This document shows, piece by piece, positions 11,274-20,347 of a stretch of 37,475 nucleotides of DNA; within the stretch, counting starts at the first letter, position 1, and every line of letters begins with the position of its first letter. The stretch is from sequence record SRR31156797_6736. One strand, given 5' to 3'. The notes under the pieces are model-generated. The model did not search any database, had not been told where the DNA came from, and worked only from the letters and a program-made list of their open reading frames with translations. A program made the translations under genes and the position numbers.

Positions 11274-11609
11274 TTAATCTGATAAGTCATAATCATTCCA
11301 CCATGTCCCATCGACATAAGCAGATCTAAAATCAGGATTTATCTCATCACAAACCCCACGGTAAGGGCGTTGTAATTTTCCTAATTCAAACGCATCTTGC
11401 TCACAATATTCCTGACGACCAAGCTCATACCCCTCCATGTAACTTGCCCCATTTACACCGGTGACAGATGTCAACTGAACATGACCGGCAACCCCTTCTT
11501 CATAACCATAGGTTTGCCAATCCTCAGTATTAAAAGATGTTGTATCAGGTTGGGCACTACACCCCGCAAGAACCGCTATGACTACCGCTATTAACCATTG
11601 ACCTTTCAT
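11274..11609 (-). CDS. Small lipoprotein, DUF2799/YfiL-like
   Basis: Lipobox LAGC; DW..YG..EG..G and Y..GY..GR..YC....F.LG....Y.GVC pattern; AAAGGAG SD. Confidence 0.75.
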   Translation of the reverse strand: MKGQWLIAVVIAVLAGCSAQPDTTSFNTEDWQTYGYEEGVAGHVQLTSVTGVNGASYMEGYELGRQEYCEQDAFELGKLQRPYRGVCDEINPDFRSAYVDGTWWNDYDLSD

Positions 11610-11703
11610 TTGGATATCTCCTTTACCAAGTAAGCATTAATATATTAGTTAAGGCTAATGTATTTTTCTGCTCATGTACGGTAAAGGTAGGTAAAGGCAT
11701 TCT

Positions 11704-12051
11704 TTACACTCGTTGACACCAATCACCTGAATCAATCAGGGCTTCTTGCGCCGTCGCATCTTGATAAATATAAATCCACGCAGTGCCAAATGGCGTTTCA
11801 ATTGTTTCACGACGATATTCAACTGGCACATCTTCCAAAATATCCAATTTCGCCAAAGTCTCTTCGTCAATCAGGTACACTTCACCAGATATCGCGTGAT
11901 TACCTTGTGCAAGTCCAGGGTATGGACCAAGGTCATACAAAGCGTATTCAGGCTTGGTCTCAAAGTGACCTAATAGCTGACTCTCAGCCAAAAAACTATG
12001 GTTGCTCTCTCCCTGACGCAAGGTGCCGTATACAAAAACCAAATGTTGCAC
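11704..12051 (-). CDS. ytfP: Gamma-glutamylcyclotransferase family protein YtfP
   Basis: VFVYGTLRQGESNH, LGPYPG, GEVY, LD.LE motifs; directly downstream of tamB. Confidence 0.9.
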   Translation of the reverse strand: MQHLVFVYGTLRQGESNHSFLAESQLLGHFETKPEYALYDLGPYPGLAQGNHAISGEVYLIDEETLAKLDILEDVPVEYRRETIETPFGTAWIYIYQDATAQEALIDSGDWCQRV

Positions 12052-12077
12052 TTTACTTCTCCTTGGGGTCTATAGAC

Positions 12078-15000
12078 CTACTCCAACTGGAACTGATAAA
12101 GCAGATCAACTGCACTATCTAAACCAGATACCGCTTCCACATAGAGATCCGTCATTAAACGGTAACGGACGGTAAACTCACCAACTGAGTTAAAAATACC
12201 GACACCGTATTTGACTTGCAAGCCGGGCGCAATATAACCACTAACGGTCACTTGCGATTCATCGCCAGAACCCGCGGTGTCGAGTTGCAGATCCTGAACA
12301 CCAAATGCGCTACCGATTTCACCAACCACTTTACCACTTCTGGCCAAGCTTAAGCCGATCAAGGCGGTTGTCATCGCGTTGCCACCACCTGATTCACTAT
12401 CTAAATCCTGACCTCTTAGCAAATAAGACAGGGCATTAGCTTGAGGCATTGCAGGATCAGAGAATATTGAAACAATAGGCTCATCTGCAGGTCCGGTGAC
12501 TTGCACCCCAGCGATAACATCGTCTTCGGTGTTCTCTGGGTTACGAATCGCTTTAATCGACAAGTACGGTTGATCCACTGGACCATTCATTAAGATTTTT
12601 CCTTCTTGAATGATCAGATCCTGGCCAAACGAACGATATTGACCGTCAACAATGTTGATTTCACCATTCACCAGTGGACCTTTATCTTTTTGAGTCACAT
12701 TGACTCTACCGATTAACCCACCTTCCAAGCCAAATGCTAATAGCTTAAAGTCATCACCAATACTAATCGAAACATCAGTTTCAATATTGAATGGCAAACT
12801 GTTTTGCTCATCCGTTGGTGTTAGGTCAGCATTCAGCATGACTTGATCTTTAGACACACTCACAGCACTTGGCGGCAGATCCTCAACGACGATTCGCCCC
12901 CAAGGAAGTGCAATATTCCCTGTAACTTTAGCCAGTTTTGGTTGCATCGCGAGTGTTAAATCTGGGACAACCCTGACCTTCACCATTGGCGGTAAATCCA
13001 CCAGTAATGATTGAGCAAACACTCGTGAGTTCACCCGCCAGTCATCGAGTCGCTGCCAATCTGCATCGCCAGTCATCGACAGATCACCATCTTGCGTTGA
13101 AATGTCTGCATTCATTGTCGCTTGGAAACCATTAAAGTGAATATCAAGTTTTCCAGAGTCGACCTCTACTGGCGAAATGTCACCTTTGACTTCAATATCT
13201 TCTATCGACACCAAACCTTCGACTTGAGGGTGGAGCATTTCACCGTTAAACCGCAGATCTGATTCGATATTAGACTTAACTGAACTGTACTCACCGACTA
13301 AAGGAGAAAGAAAATCTAGATTGAAAGTCGACAGTTTTAGCTCCCCTTCCATCATTTTCTTCTCTTTGGTGACATCCGGAATCATCAGCTTACCCGCGAG
13401 AGCACCGTTATCCGTCACGTCAATGTTCCAATAGGCTTGGAGTCGATTACGTACCAATGACGCTTGCAAGGAGACTTCTTGCCAGCCAATTTTTAAAGCT
13501 TCATCAAGCTGTTGGACAACCGAACCCGGGGTTAAAGTGAGATCAATCTTGGCTTCTGGTGTTTTACCCTCCTGCCACTTTGCCCAAACTTTGGCATTCA
13601 CTTTACCGTTAACTTTGGTATCAGGCGGAACATATCGCTGCACCTGCGCAAAATCGAATTGGTTGACGGATAGCTGAACTTCGCCACTGACACCAACAGT
13701 CGCATTTTTATCTAAACAAACCGATGATTCAGATTGTGACCAGCAATGGCTCGCAATCGTCGCTTGCTGCTGATCAATATCAACACTGATGTCGGTTGCT
13801 TGATTTAGAGACCAAGCCCCTTGCTCGGATTCAATTTGCATACGAGCAAGTTGACCATTCCATATCATTGAAGGTTGATCCTTCAAGCTTCCTTGCAAAG
13901 CTAAATGGGTAGAAATAATGTCGGATTCAACATCCAAACTCACGTCATGCGCTTTCTGATCCCCACTTACCTGTAAAACCACCGATTCAATCAATTGATC
14001 TTGATAACGGGCTTGCTTAACACCCAGCTTTAGATTGGCACTTGGGACAGGCAGTGGCTTCACATTCCCGGTCAAAGTCATATGCTTAACTTTGGCCTGC
14101 TGTTGCCAGTCCAGAGAATCCACATCCAAAGAGAGTTTGATATTTGGTTGTTCCATAGCACCGCGAAGCAAGACATCACCAATCACTTTACCGTTTAAAT
14201 CTGGAATCGTTTTTGCCAAATCAGGTAGCTTTAAAGACAGCGACATACGCCACTCTTTATCTAATGTCCCTTTTGCCTTAACCGTATTAGGGCCATGGGT
14301 AAGGTTAACGCCTTGAGTGCTTACTTCGAAGTTTCCCTTACCTGTCACGTCTGACGCATCGATCTGTCCATGAAGATGCAAAGGATAGTCACGGACAAGC
14401 CCATCTATCGCCAGATTAGGCACACTGACTTTCCAACCACCTTGTTCCGTCAGTTCACCGGATGTTTCAAACTCACCACTAATGATACCCTCGGCTTGTG
14501 GCCACTGAAGATCAGGCTGAATCTGGTTGAGATCGAGTTTGGCGTACCAGTTGATTGGCGAATCCCAGTTGGCTTTAACCTCACCTAAGATTCGTCCACC
14601 TAAGGTATCAAGTTTCATCTTGGTTAAACCGACTTCACTGAGATTACCTTCACCTTCGGTTTCAATCGTCAGGTCCGGTAAATTTTTGCCCTGGAAACTG
14701 GCCGCTAAACCAAATTGATAACGAGCTAAAGATCCATTGACGGATAGGTGCGGGGCATCCACCACGTAGTCACTCTGACCAACTAATGGCCATTGTACAT
14801 GTAGCTGTTTTGCCACTAATTCGAACGGGAGTTGCGGCTCCAATGGTTGCAGCTGCGCTTTGATATTTGCTTTCGCACGTTCAGAAAGATCCAGTTTCAG
14901 GCCGAGTTTAGCCACACTGCCTGTGGCTTGTAACTTGACCACTTGACCTTGAGCCTCAGCTAGCTTGACCTTGCTCGATAGATCTAAGGTTAACGGATAA

Positions 15001-15845
15001 TTGCCCTTCAACTTCACTTTCGCTGTTGCTTGAGCCTCCGCTTGGGGCATATCCAGCTCTAATGTTTGTATTGCCACATCATGTTGAGCCGCTGTTGCTT
15101 TAAGCCCCAAGTGGTTAACTATCACTGGTTGCGCTTGATTGAGTTTAAAATTCTCGACATCAAAGCGAGTCAAATCAATCCGCAGTGGAATCAACACCTC
15201 AGGTAGGATAATCGCTTCATCATTAGATTTTGCTTCACCGGGCTGAGTTGCCGCTTCCGTGCTGGCTTGTGAATCTGCCAAGGTCAAATCGATGTTTTGC
15301 CACAGAGTTTTACCAACGATAAGGTTATTGCCTTGAAAACTGGCCTGAGTTGAGAAGTGTTTCCACCCAATTTTGTTACCCAGCACATCAAGTTGAATGT
15401 CGTTCAGAACCAATCGATTCAGGCGAATAGGTACTGGTGTTGATAGCACGGTTAAAGGCTCTGAAACGTCTTCGCTTTGTGGCTCTGTTGCTTGAGGAAG
15501 TGAAGGCATCGCAAACTTTAAACCAGATAACGTGATGTTGTTGATGCAGACAGAGGGCTCTAAAAAGCAGTTGGCATTAATCGCGATGGTTGCCGATTTT
15601 AACTGAGCGTCGATATTCAAGTTCTGATCGACAAAACCAACATTGTTCAGCGTAAAACGAGGAAAGATTGAGCCCTGGGTGGATTCCACCTGCAACTGGG
15701 GAACAAATTTCTGAGCGGTCCATAAGGCAAAGTTAAGCCCAGTGTTGGTATATAACAGGCCTGCGATAGACAAAACAATCGCTACCAATAACACAATGAT
15801 GCCGACGGACAGCCATTTGCTCCATTTCAACGCCAATTTGATCAT
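12078..15845 (-). CDS. tamB: Translocation and assembly module subunit TamB (YtfN)
   Basis: 1255 aa; N-terminal TM anchor, beta-rich body, DUF490-type C-terminus (PGLQVKYGVGIF...DLLYQF); overlaps the tamA stop by 4 nt. Confidence 0.94.
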   Translation of the reverse strand: MIKLALKWSKWLSVGIIVLLVAIVLSIAGLLYTNTGLNFALWTAQKFVPQLQVESTQGSIFPRFTLNNVGFVDQNLNIDAQLKSATIAINANCFLEPSVCINNITLSGLKFAMPSLPQATEPQSEDVSEPLTVLSTPVPIRLNRLVLNDIQLDVLGNKIGWKHFSTQASFQGNNLIVGKTLWQNIDLTLADSQASTEAATQPGEAKSNDEAIILPEVLIPLRIDLTRFDVENFKLNQAQPVIVNHLGLKATAAQHDVAIQTLELDMPQAEAQATAKVKLKGNYPLTLDLSSKVKLAEAQGQVVKLQATGSVAKLGLKLDLSERAKANIKAQLQPLEPQLPFELVAKQLHVQWPLVGQSDYVVDAPHLSVNGSLARYQFGLAASFQGKNLPDLTIETEGEGNLSEVGLTKMKLDTLGGRILGEVKANWDSPINWYAKLDLNQIQPDLQWPQAEGIISGEFETSGELTEQGGWKVSVPNLAIDGLVRDYPLHLHGQIDASDVTGKGNFEVSTQGVNLTHGPNTVKAKGTLDKEWRMSLSLKLPDLAKTIPDLNGKVIGDVLLRGAMEQPNIKLSLDVDSLDWQQQAKVKHMTLTGNVKPLPVPSANLKLGVKQARYQDQLIESVVLQVSGDQKAHDVSLDVESDIISTHLALQGSLKDQPSMIWNGQLARMQIESEQGAWSLNQATDISVDIDQQQATIASHCWSQSESSVCLDKNATVGVSGEVQLSVNQFDFAQVQRYVPPDTKVNGKVNAKVWAKWQEGKTPEAKIDLTLTPGSVVQQLDEALKIGWQEVSLQASLVRNRLQAYWNIDVTDNGALAGKLMIPDVTKEKKMMEGELKLSTFNLDFLSPLVGEYSSVKSNIESDLRFNGEMLHPQVEGLVSIEDIEVKGDISPVEVDSGKLDIHFNGFQATMNADISTQDGDLSMTGDADWQRLDDWRVNSRVFAQSLLVDLPPMVKVRVVPDLTLAMQPKLAKVTGNIALPWGRIVVEDLPPSAVSVSKDQVMLNADLTPTDEQNSLPFNIETDVSISIGDDFKLLAFGLEGGLIGRVNVTQKDKGPLVNGEINIVDGQYRSFGQDLIIQEGKILMNGPVDQPYLSIKAIRNPENTEDDVIAGVQVTGPADEPIVSIFSDPAMPQANALSYLLRGQDLDSESGGGNAMTTALIGLSLARSGKVVGEIGSAFGVQDLQLDTAGSGDESQVTVSGYIAPGLQVKYGVGIFNSVGEFTVRYRLMTDLYVEAVSGLDSAVDLLYQFQLE

Positions 15846-17566
15846 AGTTCAGGCCCTAAAGAGAAATGGACTCTGAAACGCTCTCCCGGATCGGAATCCA
15901 GTCCCCAGGCGAAATCAAGCCGAATAGGCCCAACAGGAGAAACCCAACGCACACCGAAGCCTGTGCCAGTTTTCCACTCAGGCGTGTAGTCAAACGCATC
16001 GCCTCCATCGACAAACACCGCTCCCCACCAATTCCCGGTTAGTCGATATTGATACTCCAACGAACTCGTTGCCATATATTTAGCACCCGCCAGTGCGCCG
16101 CTTGAGTCTACCGGAGAGATTGACTCATACTCATAACCACGCAAGTTATTGTCGCCACCAGCGAAAAAACGCAAAGAAGGTGATAGTTTGTCGAAGTCTT
16201 CAACAAAGTTGGCTCCGCCGCCCATACGGAACACACCGCGATGGTTTTCTCCCGCACTACGAATCCATGACGTGCTGGCTAACAACCTCACCACATTGGT
16301 TTCCGAAACAAACGATGATGAACCATACTCAATCGTGACAGACTGTTTATCTCCCCACGTAATTAAAGATCCTCTCGCTCGGGTTCGAGTCCGGCTAAAA
16401 GTGAAACCAGGCAAAACAAATTGACCAACATCATCAAGTACACCTTGCTCATAGCTTTCGATTAGATAGCGAATAAACATGGTGCGGTGCCAACCACTGT
16501 CGACTAACCAGTGCCTTTCTAGCGACAAGTTAGACTCTAAGCTTTGGGTATCGCGATTATCGAGTTTTTTAAGACCGTATTGGATCTGATAATACTGATG
16601 CAGCACATCTTCGAGCGGAATTTTATAGCTAGAGGTAATGTACTGCTCCGGTTCTGAAATCGAAAAGCTGCTATCAAAACTGTGACCACGCGAGTTAATC
16701 CAAGGTTTTTTCCATTTAAAAGTGCCTCGCACTCCCACATCCGTCGAATAACCGATACCGGTCTCAAACTGATTACGCGCTTGTGGTGACAATGACACTT
16801 TCATCGGCAACTCTCGCCCACCGTCCAAATTATTTAAATCCGGCTCAACAAATACCGAAGAGAACCAATCTGTATTGGATAAGTTTTGATTGTGTTCACC
16901 GACTTTAGACACTATGTAAGGGTCGCCCTCTTTATAAGGCTGCAATGACGCAACTCGATTCTCATCAATCTGGCTTCCCTCTATGGTCGTTTTACCAAAC
17001 TGGTAGCGAATACCGCTATCGTAATGCAAACGAATAAAGGCTTGATTCAGCTCCGGAGCCACTTCTAAACGATTAACAACATAAGAACCATTAAAGTAGC
17101 CCTTTTGCAGTGCGAGGTTACGCAAAGAAGATTTTAAGCTGTCGTATTTACCGTGATTGAGTGCCTCACCTTGGCGTAGACCGCTTTGAGCAATAACTTT
17201 AAGAAAATCAGGATCATTTTCCGCTTCTCCGGTGATCACAATATCAACCACTTCTAACTGAGTGACATCGCCTAAGGCTATGTGAACCGATAAGACATCA
17301 TCCTCCCCTTCAATCTCTTTCACTTCAAAATTGATCTCGGGATGGTAATAACCCAAAGCGTTTAACGCTTCGACAATCATCTTTTGTAAGCGGGATTGAA
17401 AGCGTAATGTCGTGGCATAATCGGCTTCAGGGATCGAAGAAAGATAAGCATCGACATTATCTTTGACCTCATTTTCTATACCATCAATTTCCAAATTCAC
17501 TTTGGCCAAAGATGAAGCAGAAAAGAGTAAAGCTGCGAATAGCACTGGTAATGATTTTCGTCTCAT
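15842..17566 (-). CDS. tamA: Omp85-family outer-membrane insertase TamA (YtfM)
   Basis: Signal peptide, POTRA region, RFFAGGDNNLRGY, SPVGPIRLDFA and C-terminal LGPEL. Confidence 0.95.
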   Translation of the reverse strand: MRRKSLPVLFAALLFSASSLAKVNLEIDGIENEVKDNVDAYLSSIPEADYATTLRFQSRLQKMIVEALNALGYYHPEINFEVKEIEGEDDVLSVHIALGDVTQLEVVDIVITGEAENDPDFLKVIAQSGLRQGEALNHGKYDSLKSSLRNLALQKGYFNGSYVVNRLEVAPELNQAFIRLHYDSGIRYQFGKTTIEGSQIDENRVASLQPYKEGDPYIVSKVGEHNQNLSNTDWFSSVFVEPDLNNLDGGRELPMKVSLSPQARNQFETGIGYSTDVGVRGTFKWKKPWINSRGHSFDSSFSISEPEQYITSSYKIPLEDVLHQYYQIQYGLKKLDNRDTQSLESNLSLERHWLVDSGWHRTMFIRYLIESYEQGVLDDVGQFVLPGFTFSRTRTRARGSLITWGDKQSVTIEYGSSSFVSETNVVRLLASTSWIRSAGENHRGVFRMGGGANFVEDFDKLSPSLRFFAGGDNNLRGYEYESISPVDSSGALAGAKYMATSSLEYQYRLTGNWWGAVFVDGGDAFDYTPEWKTGTGFGVRWVSPVGPIRLDFAWGLDSDPGERFRVHFSLGPEL

Positions 17567-17739
17567 GCTTAATTAGGGCGCTGATAGAGCGAATAGTCTC
17601 TAAGGTTATTGTTGAGCGATAGTGAAATCATACCGCCAATGCTCATAATAGTCTGTATGAAATCAGTCAATTATCAGGTCTGCAAGTAAATATATATAAT
17701 CAATTAATATTCAGACTGCTTATAGCAAAAGGAAGTTCC

Positions 17740-18378
17740 ATGTCAGATAAACAAACCATGGTTACTGCAGAGACTGCTCTGCCGGGCCGTTCTACACCAA
17801 TGGCCGTTGAGGATACCCATTTTGTAAACCAATCCAGTCTAGGTGCTGAACCAACTGGAAACCAGCAACAAATCTTGATTGGTATGGGCTGTTTTTGGGG
17901 CGCTGAACGCCTGTTTTGGGGCTTAGAAGGCGTCGTTTCGACCTCTGTCGGTTATTCTGGTGGCTTTACACCAAACCCAACCTATGATGAAGTTTGTACC
18001 GGTAATACTGGTCACACTGAGGTAGTTCGCGTGATTTACAATCCGAGCGTGTTACCACTAAAGCAACTACTCAATCATTTCTGGGAACGTCATAACCCAA
18101 CTCAGGGAATGCGTCAGGGTAACGATTTAGGTACTCAATACCGTTCTGCACTTTATGTGTTTAACGATGACCAAAAAGAAATCGCAGAACAAAGCAAAGC
18201 AGAGTATCAAGCGCTTCTATCCCAGCAAGACCAAGCTTCAATTACCACTGAAATTCTTGCTGCAGGCCCCTATTACTTTGCTGAAACTTACCACCAGCAA
18301 TACCTTGCTAAAAACCCAGAAGGATATTGCGGCCTGGGCGGCACTGGCGTTTGTTTTCCGCCAAGCCTAAGTCAGTAA
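17740..18378 (+). CDS. msrA: Peptide-methionine (S)-S-oxide reductase
   Basis: GCFWG active site, [32 protein letters not shown]. Confidence 0.97.
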   Translation: MSDKQTMVTAETALPGRSTPMAVEDTHFVNQSSLGAEPTGNQQQILIGMGCFWGAERLFWGLEGVVSTSVGYSGGFTPNPTYDEVCTGNTGHTEVVRVIYNPSVLPLKQLLNHFWERHNPTQGMRQGNDLGTQYRSALYVFNDDQKEIAEQSKAEYQALLSQQDQASITTEILAAGPYYFAETYHQQYLAKNPEGYCGLGGTGVCFPPSLSQ

Positions 18379-18393
18379 TCACTTAATTTTCAT

Positions 18394-18425
18394 TAAGAAT
18401 TGCAGAATTCACTCTGCAATTCTTA
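18394..18425 (+). terminator. Hairpin/likely terminator after msrA
   Basis: TAAGAATTGCAGA-ATTCAC-TCTGCAATTCTTA, perfect 13-bp inverted repeat with a weak T tract. Confidence 0.6.
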
Positions 18426-18569
18426 TTGCCCCTTCATGATAACTCTATTTCTATGCTATACCTTTGAGTGCTAACCAATTGAAGTGTCAGGCAAACCGCC
18501 TGCTGCATAGTAAAAGCTAATCAGAATCGATATTTCATCTAGGTCAGCGAAATCAAAGGAACTCATAAT

Positions 18570-19121
18570 ATGAAAATAAAAACATTACTAACACTTGTGC
18601 TGGCATGCTCTCCTGCCTTTGTATCAGCACATAACCTACAACTGAACACAAACTTGCCTGCAGTCAACGTTGAAAAATACGGAGAAATTGTCGTTCAAGG
18701 TGAAGATACGGCTTTCCAGAAATGGAGCAGCGAAAACCTAAAAGGCAAAGTAAGAATTATCCAAGCAATCGCCGGACGCAGCAGCGCTAAAGCGATGAAT
18801 GCCGATCTAATGAGTGCCATTACCGCCGCTCAATTTCCCGAACAAAGCTACCAAACCACCACCATCATCAATCAGGATGATGCCATTTGGGGTACTGGCT
18901 CTTTTGTTAAATCATCGGCTGAAGACAGTAAACTAGAATTTCCTTGGTCATCCATCGTGTTGGATGAGTCAGGCGCAGTAGCAAAACGTTGGGATCTCAA
19001 ACCCGAGTCTTCCGTCATAATTGTGCAAGATAAGTCAGGTAATATCCTGTTTGTTAAGGAAGGAGCGCTTAACGAGCAAGAAATCCAACAAGTACTTCAA
19101 CTGGTTAATCAGTCACTTTAA
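18570..19121 (+). CDS. ytfJ: YtfJ family periplasmic protein
   Basis: Signal peptide ending SA-HNL; GKVR..Q.IAGRSSAK, YQTTTIINQDDAIWGTG.FV, FPWS motifs. Confidence 0.88.
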   Translation: MKIKTLLTLVLACSPAFVSAHNLQLNTNLPAVNVEKYGEIVVQGEDTAFQKWSSENLKGKVRIIQAIAGRSSAKAMNADLMSAITAAQFPEQSYQTTTIINQDDAIWGTGSFVKSSAEDSKLEFPWSSIVLDESGAVAKRWDLKPESSVIIVQDKSGNILFVKEGALNEQEIQQVLQLVNQSL

Positions 19122-19137
19122 CTTGTCGCATTAAACA

Positions 19138-19163
19138 TGGTGAGGAGAATTAACTTCTCACCA
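19138..19163 (+). terminator. Hairpin after ytfJ, possible weak terminator
   Basis: TGGTGAG...CTCACCA stem, poor T tract. Confidence 0.35.
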
Positions 19164-19180
19164 CCTCTTGCCTCCTCCTC

Positions 19181-19203
19181 TCATTGTTATATTATAACAT
19201 TCC
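19181..19203. promoter_or_regulatory. Zur box (zinc uptake regulator operator) overlapping the putative promoter
   Basis: Perfect 7-1-7 palindrome TGTTATA-T-TATAACA at 19185-19199 matching the gammaproteobacterial Zur consensus; TTGCCT (19168) and TATTAT (19190) could be -35/-10; His-rich genes follow. Confidence 0.9.
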
Positions 19204-19220
19204 TCAATAAACACCTTGTG

Positions 19221-19535
19221 ATGATCATGACCGACAGCCTGCATTCATTTCGTATCAAAGCTAATGTAGCTGCATTGGCATCTATTTTACTGATGCTATG
19301 GCTAAATTTTGCGGTTATCGAACACCAGCTTGATACATCATCGTCTCATCACAATGAACACCATTGCCAATTGTTTGCAGGCGTTAGCAATGGCTTAGCA
19401 CAACATGTTTCGGTTCTTCCCGTCTGGATTTCGCACAATTACCTAACGCCAAGCTCTGAACTGTTTAGCATTACTCTTCTCTACTTGGCCTATTTAGCCA
19501 GATCGCCGCCTGATCAATACGTTTACCCAGCATAA
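19221..19535 (+). CDS. Small His-containing membrane/exported protein, first gene of the zinc operon (DUF2607-like; candidate RAPP-type leader peptide)
   Basis: Start must lie after the Zur box (ATG 19221 or 19227, not 19137); hydrophobic segment VAALASILLMLWLNFAVI, then EH...HHNEHHCQLF, C-terminal YLARSPP. Confidence 0.7.
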   Translation: MIMTDSLHSFRIKANVAALASILLMLWLNFAVIEHQLDTSSSHHNEHHCQLFAGVSNGLAQHVSVLPVWISHNYLTPSSELFSITLLYLAYLARSPPDQYVYPA

Positions 19536-19585
19536 GCACAACCAACCAAACACAGTATTGATATAAATTTATTTTGGAGTTTTCG

Positions 19586-20293
19586 ATGTTTAACAAACCC
19601 CTATTAGCTCTTAGCATCACGGCAGCAATCACGAGTACAGCATTCGCACAGGAAGAATTTCGTCAACATGAAGCACATGTCCACGGTCATGTAGAGTTAA
19701 ATATTGCTCAAGACGGCCACGAACTATTAATGGAAATCACAGCTCCAGGAGCTGATGTTGTGGGCTTTGAACATGCGCCTGAAAATGATGAGCAGAAAGT
19801 GATTCTTAACAAAGCGCTTGAAACGTTAAACCATGCAGATACGTTATTCACTTTAGCGCCAGCCGCACATTGCCACCTTGAGCAAGCCTTCGTGAAACAC
19901 ACGTTAGGTGGTGAGCATGAAGAACATGAAGAACATGAAGAACATGACCATGATGACCATGCAGGTCACGATCACGACAAACACGATGAGCACGAACATC
20001 ATGACGACCATGACCACGACAAACATGATGAACACGAACATCATGACGACCATGAAGGGCACGATCACGACGAGCATCATGACCATGAACATGAACATGA
20101 AGAAGGCTCTCAACATGGTTCATTTAGCGCCCAATACACTTTCCACTGTGATGACATCACTCAGTTGAACAATATCAGCACTCACTGGTTTACTCAGTTC
20201 CCAGCAACCAAAGAAATCGAAGTGAACTTGCTCACAGATAAAGTTCAAACAGCACTCGAGCTTAACCCAAGCAAAACTCAAATTTCTCTATAA
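19586..20293 (+). CDS. zrgA: Periplasmic zinc-binding protein ZrgA (DUF2796)
   Basis: GGAG SD then ATG at 19586; signal peptide, RQHEAHVHG and VGFEHAP motifs, two Cys, long His/Asp/Glu loop; downstream of a Zur box. Confidence 0.88.
   Translation: MFNKPLLALSITAAITSTAFAQEEFRQHEAHVHGHVELNIAQDGHELLMEITAPGADVVGFEHAPENDEQKVILNKALETLNHADTLFTLAPAAHCHLEQAFVKHTLGGEHEEHEEHEEHDHDDHAGHDHDKHDEHEHHDDHDHDKHDEHEHHDDHEGHDHDEHHDHEHEHEEGSQHGSFSAQYTFHCDDITQLNNISTHWFTQFPATKEIEVNLLTDKVQTALELNPSKTQISL
19913..20104 (+). repeat. His/Asp/Glu-coding low-complexity tandem repeat within zrgA
   Basis: CATGAAGAA x3, then two imperfect 42-nt units (19967-20008, 20009-20050) both encoding HDHDKHDEHEHHDD. Confidence 0.9.
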
Positions 20294-20302
20294 ACATGGA
20301 CT

Positions 20303-20332
20303 CGGGTAAGTACTCACTTACCCGTTTTTTTT
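20303..20332 (+). terminator. Intra-operon intrinsic terminator between zrgA and the ATPase gene
   Basis: CGGGTAAGT-ACTC-ACTTACCCG followed by T8. Confidence 0.8.
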
Positions 20333-20347
20333 CTTGAAGGATCAGTA

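Noticed and set aside
18488-18520. GGCAAACC upstream of ytfJ resembling the start of a c-di-GMP-I riboswitch
   Set aside because: No GNRA-capped P2 or GACGCAAAG/P3 elements follow; it is only a short CAGGC/GCCTG hairpin
19137-19220. N-terminal extension of the small zinc-operon ORF from ATG 19137
   Set aside because: Runs through the post-ytfJ hairpin and the Zur box/promoter, so the true start is likely 19221 or 19227
19913-20104. Repeats as a possible CRISPR array
   Set aside because: In-frame coding repeats with no unique spacers and no cas genes nearby
19848-20168. Met/Thr-, Met/Val/Phe- and His/Arg-rich ORFs in alternative frames
   Set aside because: Shadow frames of the CAT/GAC/GAA repeat in zrgA; low complexity explains the absence of stops
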